The notes under the pieces are model-generated. The model worked only from the letters and a program-made list of their open reading frames with translations, was not told the DNA's origin and made no database searches. A stretch of 64,000 nt of DNA, from assembly GCA_951406725.2 (NCBI GenBank), contig OX597821.1:101928001-101992000 (forward strand). The letters are read 5' to 3'. The stretch is from Octopus vulgaris (Eukaryota). The translations under genes were made by a program, and so were the position numbers. Shown here one piece after another: positions 37,101-51,329 of the stretch (position 1 is its first letter; the number at the start of each line of letters is the position of its first letter).

Positions 37101-39756
37101 TACACGAATCTAGCAACACTTAAATTTTAGAATACTACTTTCACTTTCGTCATGTTACCTTTAAGCAACTGGTTAAAAAAACTTTATTTCTTTCTTTCAG
37201 GACTTGTGCCTTTGAAGAACCTATCTCCTTTGCCTGCTGTTTTTAGATTTTAACTTTTTAACCCTTTTGTTACTGTTGAAGCAGTCTTTGCTTCAATTAA
37301 TTTTGAAAATAGTGAAGAACTTAATTAAAGGTTTTAATTAAGATCACTTTAAAACAGAGTTTGTATCATAGAACTAGGGGTGGTTTCAGGCAGTTGGAAT
37401 TGAAAGGGTTAAAATCTTGTACCTCAATCTGCAACTATCTCAAATTTTAAACTACATGAAACCACAATTCAAAGTGATGTTTGGAAACTGGAACTAAGCA
37501 GTCTTCTGTGCAAGAAACAAATTTAGCCTTGTCAAAAGATTTCCTCTTTGCACCATGTGTATTTTTTGTTTTATATTTATATTTTATATCTAGAATCAGT
37601 ACTTATTTCTGAAGTCTAGTACTTATTCAATCAATCTCTTTTATTACACTTTTGCCACTAAAGCACAGGGATGCAACCAAACCAATACCAATTGTCAAGT
37701 GGCGGATGAGGCAAAAGCAGACACATGTCGATATATACAACAGTCTTCCTCACAATTTCCATCAACCAAACTCACTCAGAAGGCATTGGTCAACCCAGAG
37801 CTGCAGTAAAAGACACGTGCCCAAAGTGCAAAGCAAGCTTTTTAAAACCACAGCTATGTCTGAACCTTTATAATAAACCTGAGAGCTTCAATATAAGTCA
37901 TTCAACATGCAAGAAATAGTAAGAACATTAAATAATGTAGCCCTTGATACATTTACCGAAAAAACATGGAATGATCATGGATGGAATGCTTTTGATCATA
38001 AACCTGCTTGATTAAGACTGACCTGACAAACAACCACCAACCACATATACAAATAAAATAAATATACTGTGATTAACACTCTTCTAAAAGATTTCACTTG
38101 AAAGCACATTTTCTTCATAAGCCATAAACAAACAACGTTCAGTTTTGTTGATAAGGAATTCAAAACCATTTTGCTCTCTAGACATTATAATAAATTCTCT
38201 CAATTTCTTGCATTCTTTGACTTGCCACACTTGCTTGTTCTCTCTGCAGTAGTTGTAGTACTGGTTAAGTTAGTTCTCAATTAGACTGTACTCAATTTCT
38301 GATCTTTCAGAAGAAAATATAATTTTGTCTTGTTACTCTTATAAGTGCAAACTTGGCCGTGTGGTTAAGAAACTTGCTTTGCAACCACATGGCTTCAAGT
38401 TCAATCCCACTGAATGGAACCTTGGGTTAAAGTCTTCTCCTGTACCCTCACACCGACCAATACCTCGTAAATTTGGTAAGTGGAAACTGTATGGAAGTCC
38501 TTCATATATGTGTGTGTTAGTTCTCTCCTGGCTAATAACTGACAACTAGTGTTGGTTTGTTTATGTGTGCTGTAACTTTACAGTTCAGCAAAAGAGACCA
38601 ATGTAATAAGTACCAGACTTTAAAATTTAAATACTGGGGTTAATGTGTTAATCTAAAACCATTCATGGTGGTGCCCCAGCATGGCCACATTCCCATGACT
38701 GAGACTAAAGACAAAAGATAAATACAAAAGCTCTTATGTAGATTACAGTAACTTAAATCTTTCCCCTCCCTCTCACGACACATTCAGAGTCCTTTGTAAT
38801 AATGGTTCCAAATTTTGACATAACGCCAGCAAGTTCAGAAGAGAGAGTAAGTCATTTAAATCGACCCCAGTATTCAACTGGTACTTATTTTATCAACTCC
38901 AAAAGGATGAAAATCAAAGTCAATCTTGACAGAATTTGAACTCAGAACACAAAGACAAACGAAATGCCGAACAATTTTGCCCAGCACACTAATGATCCTG
39001 CCAGCTCAATGCCTTCATCTCTTTGTAATAATAAAACCTTTACCTACTCACCACCTACGCAACGACCTGCTATAAATATCAAGTGCAGCTTATCGTTTAG
39101 TTATTATTCGCTGTAGTTGCAGAAATACTTTAGAGTTACCACTTGCTTACACTAAAATGTAACGCTGTTAACTATTTCACTGTTTTGTTGACCTATCCCT
39201 CAACAAGTGGAATGTGTAAACCACCAACCCTACCCTCTCTCTCTCTCTCTTAAGGTATTTGGTCTCCTAATCATACACATTCAGCATCTTTACAAGAAGC
39301 ATATCTTTTCTATTACAGACACAAAGCCTGAAATTTTGCAGGAAGGGTGAATTGATTACATCGACTCCAGTGCGTAACTGGTACTTAATTTATCAACCCC
39401 GAAACGATGAAAGGCAAACCTTGGCAGAATTTGAATTCAGCATGTAGCAACAGGCGAAATACCGCTAAGCAGTTTGCCCGGAATGCCAATGAGTTTGCCA
39501 GCTTGCCCCTTTACAAGAAGCATATCTTACAGATTCTCCATGCCTGAGCAGTTTTTAAACACAAAGCTGGGACAGGATAGATTTGAACTGTAAAGCCTCT
39601 CTTGCAGCAATCTGCTTGTATTATATACAATTTAAATAAGGTGTTAAGATAGGCAGAATTGTTAGTGTGGGGAAATACACATTGCTGGATTTTTTCCAGA
39701 TGAAATCACAAGGTTAACTTTGCCTTTCATCCTTACAAGGCCAATACAATAAAGTG

Positions 39757-39985
39757 TTAACCCTTTCGTTACAGTATTTATTTTGAGATGCTCTGTGTTT
39801 CTTTCAATTACTTTAAATATAACAAAGAATTTAGTAAAATAACTTAGTTATCATTCAGCCAGTGTTAGGAACATAAATTGTGACTAAGGTTTGGTGGAAG
39901 ATTTTAATTCAAAACTTATGAAAACAAGACCTTTGTACTACAGAGCCAGAGCTGGTTTCAGCCGGGTTAGTAACGAAAGGGTTAA
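39757..39985. mobile_element. piggyBac-type MITE, family C
   Basis: Near-identical to 22602-22820; same TIRs and TTAA TSD. Confidence 0.88.
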
Positions 39986-40995
39986 TCAAGTGTTAGGGTT
40001 CATTGTTATTTTAACACCCACTTTTCCAAGCTTGCTTGGGTGGGGTGGAATTTGTTGAGGCACATTTTCTACAATTAGACGCCCTTCCTGTTGCCAACAC
40101 TTATCCGTTTTCAAGCAAGGTAATATATCCACATGGACAGGCATATTTCCACAGGAGATTGGAAACAAATAATACTGTTTGTTTGGTGATAATGCCCATT
40201 TACAATCACCACACAATGTCAAGATAAGCAGACACTGTCACACACACACAAGCTTCTTTCAGTTTCTGTCTACCAAATCCACTCACAAAGCTTTGGTCGA
40301 CCTGGAGTTATAACAGAAAACTCTCACCCAAGGTGCCATTCAATGGAACTTAACTTGAAAGTTGAGAAGTAGGTGAGAGTTGGCAAATAGGAAGGGCATC
40401 TGGTCATAAAAAAAATCTACCTTCATAAACTCTGTCTCAATCCATGCAAGCATGAAAAAGTGGATGATAAAACAACAGTGGTGATGATATTGCACAGCAT
40501 AGAGTGATAACTGGTACATTCAAACAGAAGTAACATGTTAATAACAGCCAACTGAGTTATTGCTTCTAATGCCAAACATTTCAAATCATAAAAGAACAAA
40601 AAAATAAGTATTAAAGTATTGGAATTGATACAGTTGATTAAAACTGTTACAGGTGGTATCCTGGCCTTACTGCAGTCAATTTAATGACTTAACTATAAGA
40701 TTTGGAATCTAGCAATAAATGTACTGTGGTTCACAGAAGGCGTTTTAAAACTAATTGAACAGTTAACTGTTTTGATACCAATCCACCCAACCACCATTCA
40801 TGGTTCTATCTATATAGTACAGACTTCCTGTTTTAAAATTATCAAAATTAAAACTCAATAAAATTTCAAGTTAATTTATGTTCCAAACACTAGTTTAAAA
40901 AATAATGTTATTTTAATGAATTAATTCTTTTCAATTTCGTTTTTGGATTTGGTTTGCAAGATTCCTTATGTGAGTTCATGTGTTGAAGCATATTC

Positions 40996-41241
40996 TGTTG
41001 GGTCTGGGGAGAGTAATTCTCTTTTGGTGCCTTATAATTTAACACACTCACTGGTAAAATTTCCACTTATTTCTTTTTCATTGCATCTTGCAACCTTTCT
41101 AATAGTTTTGAGTCAAAACTATTGAAAAGGTTGCAAGATGCAACGAAAATTTTAGAAAAATAAAAAAGAAGTTGAAATTTTACCGGAGAGTGTGTTAAAT
41201 TATAAGGCACCAAAAGAGAATGACTCTCCCCAGACACAACA
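40996..41241. repeat. Long foldback palindrome
   Basis: Arms of ~115-130 nt are reverse complements, centred on AATAGTTTTGAGTCAAAACTATT at ~41112; lies inside a degenerate TTAA-type MITE (~40763-41306). Confidence 0.85.
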
Positions 41242-42737
41242 TTCATTTCAAAATTTACTGAAACAAAGCAGTGTATTTCAAGAGAAATACAGTGACAAGA
41301 GGGTGAAAATTCACTTCTGAAACTTTCTGGACTTTTTCAGCCTACCGGTTGAGCACAGCCTGATAAAATATTGACTGCACATTATCCCTGCTTCAAAAGA
41401 AGAAGAAGAAAAACTACTAGATGTGTTGGGTATTTTTTCTCCTCTCACTTTGTATACCCCAATTAATATATACTATAGTTTCATTGATTTCTCTCAAACT
41501 GAAATCTAATGAGGGAAATTTTATAAAATTATATGTTTAGCAAAATAACATTGTATAATTTCTAAATCTTTTGTTCAACTTTGAGAAATATGTAAAAAGT
41601 AGCATTTTCACCATCGTGTCCCAGTTTTAACAAATTAAGATATCAGTTGGGAATAAGTACTTAATACTTGCTTGCATGCTCTTTCCTGCCACTAACCTCT
41701 CACCCATGAAGTAGAGTGGAGTGGAGTGTATTTGCCAACCAGCCAGAGAGATATACAAGTAGTCTAATGACTTTACCTTCACAGGATATTATAAGCATGG
41801 AACAAGTTTTGATGTATTATAGACAAGTAGCAGATAAATATCCCTCATTTCACACAGTACAGCCTTAAAAAGAAAACAGAACATTTCCCCTTCTAAGACT
41901 GTAAAATGTGATTTGAGAGAGAAGAAAAACGAAGAAGATGGCTACTTCTGAATGCTTGATCAGGGCTGACAAAAGGCTAATAACAACTGACAAAGATCCA
42001 AAAGCTTGCCACTCCAGGAGATACCAGCATGTCTTAACTCTCAAAGTGTTAAGCAAGTGGCATAAATAGTTCCAGTGAATTCCCTTTGCTCCAGCAAACT
42101 AATGCTTCGGAATTTATTCCCTCCCACTAGTCATTTCTCAAGGAGGAGGTCTCCCTTTAAAAACTGATAGGATTTATTTTCTTTTCAACTATTATGACCT
42201 CATTTTTGCTGGCTGACTTCTAGTCCTTATTTCTGTTTCTTTTTCTTTCTCCTCTATTTCATAGCTTTCATAAATATGAATTGAAATCTCTCTCTTTCTC
42301 ATATATCTCTCTTTTTTTTTTTCTCACACAAACACCATACAATGTTCTGTTAAATAAAAATAGTCTTCAAAAAAAAAAATTCTTTTCAAAATGTATTTGA
42401 GAAATAAAATAAAGTTTGAAATAATTTTGTAGGGAGTGTTTCGAGAGAAAACTATTATAAATAAACGCATAGAACAGAACAGTAACAATCAATGATAGAA
42501 TGCCTTTTTTTACATAAATGTGCATATGTTATGCTATATAAGTCCTTAAGATGACAAATATAAGGCATTCCATGCATGACCATCTCCTGACTCTCAATGA
42601 ACTTTAAGGAAAGTTTGGTTCTTATATTAATCAATGAGTACTTCTTAGATGATTTGACTGCTATTTCTACTAGGCTGAGTGATCCCATAGAAACTCCAGT
42701 TAGAGCTATCTATATATGTGTGTGTGTGTGTATATAT

Positions 42738-43053
42738 TCTTTTACTCATGCTGGAGCACCGCCTTTAGTCGAGCAAATCTACCCGCTAAGTTATGGGGAT
42801 GTAAACACACCAGCATCGGTTGCCAAGCGATGTTGGGGGGGACAAACACAGACATATATATATATATATATACACACACACATATATATGAAGGGCTTCT
42901 TTTCAGTTTCCGTCTACCAAATCCACTCAGAAGGCATTGGTTGGCCCAAGGCTATAGTAGAAGACACTTGCCCACGGTGCCACAGAGTGGGCCTGAACCT
43001 GGAACCATGTAGTTAGTAAGCAAGCTACTTACCACACAGCCACTCCTGCACCT
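42738..43053 (-). mobile_element. SINE family A (internally deleted)
   Basis: Similar to the other copies; head intact. Confidence 0.8.
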
Positions 43054-43065
43054 ATATATATATGA

Positions 43066-43100
<35 letters not shown>

Positions 43101-43689
43101 GACGTATATTTGCCATTTGAATATGGCTAACCCCTAAGGGTGGATGCTACTGTAGTTTGTAGCCCCATTATCATCGTTTAACGTCCGCTTTCCATGCTAG
43201 CATGGGTTGGACGGTTTGACTGTGGGCTGTCGAACCAGATGGCTGCACCAGGCTCCAGGCTTGATCTGGCAGGGTTTCTACAGCTGGGTGCCCTTCCTAA
43301 CGCCAACCACTCCGAGAGTGTAGTGGGTGCTTTTACGTGCCACCAGCACTGCATGACACCTTGGGCAAGTCTCTTCTACTATAGTCTTGAACAAAAGCTC
43401 AAGTGCATTTTGTAGATGAAAACTGAAAGAGGCATGTTGTATATATGTGTGTACATTACTGTTTTATTGCCTCAGCTTTCTGCAATAGTTGTAAACAATT
43501 GTTACCATCATGGAAACGGTGTCTTTTGCTTCCAATCTTCCTCGAAAACTGACCTAGTCATGGAGAAATATTACCTTGCTTGGAAACAAATGAGAGTTGG
43601 TGACAGGAGTGGCATCCAGCCACAGAATATCTGCCTCAGCAAATTCCATCTGACTCATGCATTAAATCAATGACGATTATATACATACA

Positions 43690-44082
43690 TCTATATATAT
43701 AAAGCTGAAGTTGTCTGTGTGTGGCAGGTTTGGTAGCCTTCAACTAACACTAACTCCTCCAAAACCCTATGGCACAAGTTGACCAAAATTGAGAGTATGA
43801 TAGAAGAAGGCTTGCTCTTCATTCCATAGAAGATAAAATTCAAATCAGACCATGTTAAGACCAAAAATTTTTTACATCAAAATGTGCTTTTTTTTTTCCT
43901 ATGAAAATCCCTATTTTTTACAATTTTTTTACTGCTGTGTTGCCATTTTTCGGTGTATTTCAACCAGAAAAATGTTCACTTAAAGAGAATAACAAGCTAC
44001 ATAATGCAAAATTTTTACTTTTCAAAAGTTCCAATTCTAAAGGGTTGAAACAAACCCGAGCAACGCTGGGCAATACTGCTAG
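43690..44082 (+). mobile_element. Non-autonomous Helitron
   Basis: 5' TCTATATATATAAAG; 3' hairpin CCCGAGCAACGCTGGG then CTAG; inserted between A and T with no TSD. Confidence 0.8.
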
Positions 44083-44607
44083 TATATAGATAGATGACTA
44101 AATTGATTTCTTACATTGACTCAGATATACAAAAGGAAACAGTAAATAGTTATACTTTTTCTGAAAGGTATTTGAAATTAAACTTCAGTAAACTGAATAC
44201 AACTAAGAATCAAAACCAGATTTCAAATTCCTTTTGTTTGATACCGGAAACTTGATTTACAATGCAGACTAGATCTTTTACCTTCTACTTGTTTCAGAAA
44301 TTAGACTCTAGCCATGCTGGGGCACCATTTTGAAGAATGTTTAGTCAAATGAATCAACCCCAGTACTTACTTTTCAAGGCTGGTACTTTGTTCTATTGTG
44401 CTTTTTTGCCAAACCACTAAGTTACAGGGATGCAAACACACCAACACCGGTTGTCAAGCAGTGGTGAGGGACAAACACACACACATATAGGATGGGCTTC
44501 TTTCAGTTTCTGTCTATCAAATGCAGCTTTGGTCAGCCCAAGGCTATAGTGGGAGACACTTGCCCAAGGTGCCACACAGAACCATGTGCTTGGGAAGCAA
44601 ACTTTTT

Positions 44608-45173
44608 ATTTCTTTATTGCACATAAGGGGCTAAACAGAGGGGACAAACATGGACAGTCAGAGGGATTAAGTCGATTATAACGACCTCAGTGCGTAACTG
44701 GTACTTAATTTATCGACCCCGAAAGGATGAAAGGCAAAGTCAACCTCGGCGGAATTTGAACCCAGAATATAACAGCAGACAAAATACCTATTTTTTTACT
44801 ACCCACAAGGGGTGAAACACGGAGAGGACAAACAAGGACAGACAAACGGATTAAGTCAATTAAATCGACCCCAGTGCATAACTAGTACTTAATTTATTGA
44901 CCCCAAAAGTATTAAAGGCAAAGTCAACTTCGGCAGAATTTGAACTCAGAACGTAACGGCAGACAAAATACCTATTTCTTTACTACAAGGGGCTAAACAC
45001 ACAGAGGACAAACGGATTAAGTCAATTATATCGACCCCAGAGCGTAACTGGTACTTATTTAATTGACCCCGAAAGGATGTAAGGCAAAGTCGACCTCGGC
45101 GGAATTTGAACTCAGAACGTAACGGCATACAAAATACTGCTAAGCATTTCGCACGGCATGCTAACATTTCTGC
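44608..45173 (-). repeat. Tandem trimer of SINE family F inserted in a family A copy
   Basis: Three ~180-200 nt units at ~44608-44788, 44789-44972 and 44973-45173. Confidence 0.85.
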
Positions 45174-46589
45174 CTAGTAAGCAAGCTTCTTACCACACAG
45201 CCACGCCTATCTACATTGACCTGTTTCAATCACACTAGGATATCACCTCAATTGGTTTTCAGTTGATCAAACTGATTCTAGTATTTATATAATGCCTGAT
45301 ACTTGTTTTATCAGTTTCCTTTTTGCCAAACTGCTAAGTTATGGGGATGCACATAGTTTTGCACCAATCACGAAGTTATGTGAGACAAAAATAAACATTC
45401 GCCCCACACACACACACAAATACATTTACACCAGGTTTCTGCAAACTTTTTGCGAAATTTACTCACAAGGCAATTGTTCAGCCTACAGATATAGTAGAAA
45501 ATACTAGGCCCAGGTGCCATGCAGTACAACAGAAACCTTAAACCAAATATGGGTAACGACTTTCAAGAAGTGGGCCCACATGAAACATGGGCTATCATCA
45601 AGCAGGCCACAATACCAGAAAAATTCATGGTAATTTCTCATTAAGATTGCCATTCAGAAAGTCCCATTGACTACGGCTTAACTGCCTTCAATCACACGGT
45701 TACAAAGTGAGCTTCGTAACCACACAGCCATGTATGTATCTGTGTGTGCATGCATGGTTATATAAACACATTGTTTAGAAAAGGTATGTTGATTTGTAAA
45801 AAACCTATCAACTAAACATACATGTACATACACAAATGTGTACCTAAGTGCATTTGTTAAAATGGATATGCATCAATATGAACACGTGTTTAATAATGCA
45901 GCAAGCTGGCTGAACTGTTAACATACCAGACAAAATACTTAGCAGAATTTCATCCATCCTTACAATCTGAGTTCAAATTCCACTGAGGTTGACTTTGCCT
46001 TTCAACTTTGTAGGGTCGATAAAATAAGTACCAGTTGAGCACTGGGGTCAATTTAATTGACTTATATCCTCTCCCGAAATTGCTGGCCTTGTGTCAAAAT
46101 TTGAAACCAATCTGAATCATCATCATTTAACATCTGCCTTCCATGCTGGCATGGAAATGTGTTTAATATTTAATGTATGACATACAAAAACATACATGTA
46201 TAGCACAAAACTTCAATATTCACTGATCTTTAATTACCTACCACTAGATTAGTTCATATATCAAAGCTCTGGCAACTGACTATCATACCAGCCTCAATGA
46301 GATAAGATATAAACTGCTTGGCTTCATATAGCCACTCAAGTAAAAAGTGTGTATGAATGAATGCACACACACACACACACACACACTTTTATGTCCACTT
46401 TTCCTTGCCCACACAGGTTGAGTAGGTCAATTTCAAGCATCTCTCTCCACTTCCATCTTTTTATTTTGAAATCACAGCATCCTGAAATTGGCCTTGACCA
46501 ATACTGCCTGTCTTTTCTAATCTCTCTCTTCCATGGTCTATTTGCATCACATTACATATGTACAAACATTGATAAACCAAGTGTGCATA

Positions 46590-46633
<44 letters not shown>

Positions 46634-46968
46634 GTTTTGTCTTTACTGTTTTGTTCTCACTGTCCTGTTCTTGTTACCGCATTTACCCCTCCACAAAAAT
46701 CTCAAATTCTATTTAATTTGCTTTGTGGGAAGGACTGTTTCAACGAAGTCACGTCTTGTCCTTACCTTCAAAACGCAGAGTAGATGAAACAGGGACAACT
46801 GAAGTAGAATATTCTATATGTTGTATGTCTCGTATTTCTGTTTTTTTTTGTTGTTTGAAAAAAAAAAATTATTTCTATGTTTTTGTTTCTCATTGTGTTT
46901 AACGTTTTCTTTATGTCCTGTACCCATATATGCATGTATATATACATATATATGTAGGTATGTCCATA

Positions 46969-46971
<3 letters not shown>

Positions 46972-47017
<46 letters not shown>
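46972..47017 (+). repeat. (TA)n microsatellite (one of many: ~12411, 19163, 26669, 43068, 48275, 48489, 51154)
   Basis: Directly visible. Confidence 0.95.
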
Positions 47018-47019
<2 letters not shown>

Positions 47020-48270
47020 AACCCATGCTAGCATGGAGAACGGACGTTAAACGACACGTACACATGCATCTTTGTTTTAGTCACTGGATCATGACCATGC
47101 TGAGGTACCTTTTTGGAGGTTTCAGTCAGACATTTCAAGCCCAGTACTTATTCTTTGGCACTTCTATCAGTCTTTCGAAACTGCTAAGTTGCAAAGATGT
47201 AAACAAACCAACAGTGGTTGCCAAGTGGTGGTGGTTGTGTCTAACACAAAGACACACACATCTAGCTACACACACACACACGTACACACGACAGGCTTCT
47301 TTCTTTTTCTTTCAACCAAATTCACTTGCAAGGCTTTGGTTGACCCCAGAGCTCTAGAAGACACTTGCCCAATACTACACAGTGAGAGTGAACCTGAAAC
47401 CATGTGGTCAGAAAGCAAGCTTCTTACCACACAGCCATACCTACATATACACGAGCATGCGCATACAACCTGGCCCACTTTGCGTTTCATCATTCTAAAG
47501 TTGATAAATCAAGAACTGGCATGGGGGTGTCAATTGATATAATCAACTCTATTCTAGAAAGTGGTGCTACATGCTAATTACTGAAAATAGTAGTAAAACA
47601 CATACATATTCGCACGCAAGTGTGAAAGTGATATTTTTTACATGCATACTGTCCCCCTACTATACATGCCTGTACATACATACATACACATAACATATAG
47701 ACAGAAATAGCGTGGGTGTTATAACTGTACAAAAGCATTTCACAGAGTCTAAATTATATTATGATGAAAGGGCTTAAGTTATTATTTGATAAATTATTTG
47801 TCATTGAGCTAATTAATTAAACCAATGGTTCCATTTAAATAGGGTTTTTTTTTTCTATTTATCTATTTGTATTTTATGTGGAATTTTCACTGGACTACAA
47901 GTGTATATAATATACAATATTTTTAACTAACATTCACACCATGTGTGTGTGTGTGTGCATATGTATTTTTCTAGCTTGCCTGTGTACATCAGTAAAGCAA
48001 TGGGTACCTCGTGGCATTTAGTTATGCACACACACACCGACTTATGTACATAGATCTTTTATCTTTTACTTGTTTCAGTCATTAGATTTCAGCTATGCTG
48101 GGGCATCACTTTGAAGAGTTTTTCGCTGAACAAAAAATCAACCCATTACTTTTTTTTAAAACCTGGCACTTATTCTATCAGACTTTTGCAGAACTGCTAC
48201 ATTACAAGGGCATAAACAAACTAACACTGGTTGCCAAGTAGTGGTGGAGGACGAACAGGCAGAAAGATGT

Positions 48271-48311
<41 letters not shown>

Positions 48312-48486
48312 AATGAGTGAGGGTTACAGAAAATGGAGTTAGCAAGAGCCTTTATTCAACACAACGATCATTTCAACGCATCCTACATCAGTCCCTTACG
48401 AGTGGGATATTGTATAGTTAGTTCTGAACATCCATACATATATCATTGCTGTCGTTTAACGTCCGCCTTCCATGCTAGCATGGGTG

Positions 48487-48541
<55 letters not shown>

Positions 48542-48543
48542 AA

Positions 48544-48752
48544 CAGGGTCGGCCAAAAGTCACATGACAGTAAATCAAAACCATTTAATTCCAAGATTAA
48601 AAAAAAAATTATTTTATATGAAACTGCTAATAAATAGACAAATGATGATTTTAACTCACACCATTCAATTATTAAACATTCATAATTGGAATGAATAAAT
48701 AAAATTGAATATTAAGTATTTATGGAATTTTTATGACTTTTGGCCAACCCTG
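48544..48752. mobile_element. Tc1/mariner-type MITE
   Basis: 19-bp TIR CAGGGTYGGCCAAAAGTCA at both ends; TA at the right flank. Confidence 0.8.
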
Positions 48753-48804
48753 TATATATATATACATACACACACACATGTATATATAAAATATACATAT
48801 ATAT

Positions 48805-49730
48805 TCTTTTACTTGTTTCAGTCATTTGACTGCCGCCATGCTGGAGCACCACCTTTAGTTGAACAAATCAACCTAGGACTTATTCTTTGTAAGCCAAGTA
48901 CTTATTCTGTCGCTCTCTTATTGCCAAACTGCTGCATAACAGGGGACATAAGCACACTATCGGCTGTCAAGCAATGGAGGAGGAAGAAACACAGACACAC
49001 ACACACACATTATATATACTCTCTTTTACTCTTTTACTTGTTTCAGTCATTTCACTGCGGCCATGCTGGAGCACCGCCTTTAGTCGATCAAATCGACCCT
49101 GGAACTTATTCTTTGTAAGCCCAGTACTTATTCTATCGGTCTCTTTTGCTGAACCGCTAAGTGGCGGGAACGTAGACACACCAGCATCGGTTGTCAAGCA
49201 ATGCTAGGGGGATAAACACAGACACACAACACACATATATATATATATATACGACAGGCTTCTTTCAGTTTCCGTCTACCAAATCCACTCACAAGGCATT
49301 GGTCGGCCCGGGGCTATAGCAGAAGTCACTTGCCCAAGATGCCACGCAGTGGGACTGAACCCGCAACCATGTGGTTGGTTAGCAAGCTACTTACCACACA
49401 GCCATATATATATATATATATACACGACGAGCTTCTTTCAGTTTCTGTGTACCAAATCCACTCACAAAGCTTTGGTTACCCTGAGTCTATAGCAGAAGAC
49501 ACTTGCCCCATTTAGTGGGATTGAACCTGGAACCATGTGGGTGGGAAGTAAACTTCTTACCACACAGCCACTCCTATACATACATACACATGGTGGACTT
49601 CTTTCAGTTTCCACCTACTAAATCCACTCACACGTCTTTGGTCTGCCCAAGGCTATAGAACACACTTGACCTGGAAACTGGACCTGGAACGATGTAGTTA
49701 GGAAGCAAGCTTTTTATCACATAACCACAC
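48805..49730 (-). mobile_element. Cluster of nested/tandem SINE family A copies
   Basis: A young copy at ~49022-49405 sits in the central microsatellite of an older copy (48805-49010 and 49425-49577); another head fragment follows at ~49590-49730. Confidence 0.8.
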
Positions 49731-50939
49731 ATATATCTATAAAAATATTCTTTTGTATAATTGTAAAGCAATGAATACCTTGTGGCATTCCATTACATAT
49801 CTCTTCATTCTTTGTTGAAATACCAGCCGGGTCAACTTGGCTTTTCATCAACAACAAATCAAGAACAATTTTTAATCAAACAAAATGAACCCAGTACTTA
49901 GGCTTTTTTAATTCCTCTATCAATTTCTCTTTTTGTCAAACTGCTGAGTCACAATGAATGTAAACAAACTAACACCAGCTGTTAAGTGGTGGTGGTAGCA
50001 AATACAGACATACACACACACATAAACAATGACCATCCATTGTCTCTGACAACCAAATTCATTCACAAGGCATTGGTCAGTAGAAGACACTTGCCCGAGG
50101 TATGATGCAGTGGAGTGAACCTGAAACCACGTGGCTGCAAAGCAGCAAGCTTCTTAACTAGACAGCAATGCTTGCATCTATTTCTTTTATTATTTATGTG
50201 TGTTCGTGTGCGCAACTGAAGTCAATAGGAAGACAGCAGAATAAAGTAAAAATGAGTGTAGAGAGAAACAACATACATGTAAAACTATCATATGGCTCTC
50301 ATAAAAATTTATCTTAATACACTGTATGGCTTAATATTTTACAACGGTTAATTCAAAAGACTAGATTTATATCCTATATACTATATTTATTTTTGTTAAA
50401 AATTTCAACAAAAGGGGATAGAGCCTTGCTTTATTTAACTTTTAGATATCCTTTTCCTGAGCTCATATGTTAATAGGCAGTCTTGTATCAAATTTGGGTT
50501 AGAAGATGATACAGAATCTCTCAGTGAAATATTTCAGGTTCTCACAACTTCTGTCGTGAGTGTGGCTACTGAATGAAATATTTGAATGATTCAACTGAAA
50601 CAGGTCTGCTTAGCATCATAATAAGCACGTTACTGGGCTACAGAGCTAAAAACATGTCAGTATAACCTGTGTTGCACACCATCTGAATGTGTGTGTACGA
50701 GTGTGTACACAGAAGCAGAGTATATGCTTAAGAGTGCATATTCACAAACACCACTGTATCTCTCTCTCGTGTGTGTGTATACATATATATATAACTTAGT
50801 TCGATTTGAAAACCCCAGTAGAATGGGAGAAAGCGCTAATACATGATCTAAGTTATATGAGGTATAAAAACATGTAATATACAAATAAATATCTGTAAAT
50901 ATAAAACCATCCGAATTTCTGAGTACCTCATTTCTTCTA

Positions 50940-50973
<34 letters not shown>

Positions 50974-51150
50974 GTGCGCGGGTGCATATGAGATATCTAT
51001 ATATAGCTTTTATGTTTTATTTGTTTCAGACACTGGACCACAGCCATACTGGAGCACTGCCTTGATGGGTTTAGTTGAACAAATCAACCCCAGTATCTAT
51101 TTTTAAGCCTGGCACTTATTCTACCAATCTCTTACACCAAACCAATAAGC

Positions 51151-51188
<38 letters not shown>

Positions 51189-51329
51189 CAAAAACATTCA
51201 TTTATTCAAAACTGAATATTTTCACCAGTGCTACTTATAAATTTTGAGTACTTTGTGTTTCTCCAGTTTTTAAACTTAAAAGTAAATCAAATTATTATTG
51301 TCATTATATATATATATATACATATATAT

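Noticed and set aside
46361-47542. Long ORFs (up to 179 aa) in the ORF track
   Set aside because: They are translations of (TA)n/(CA)n microsatellites and SINE sequence. The same applies to ORFs at 42597-43016, 48705-49207 and 60920-61845.
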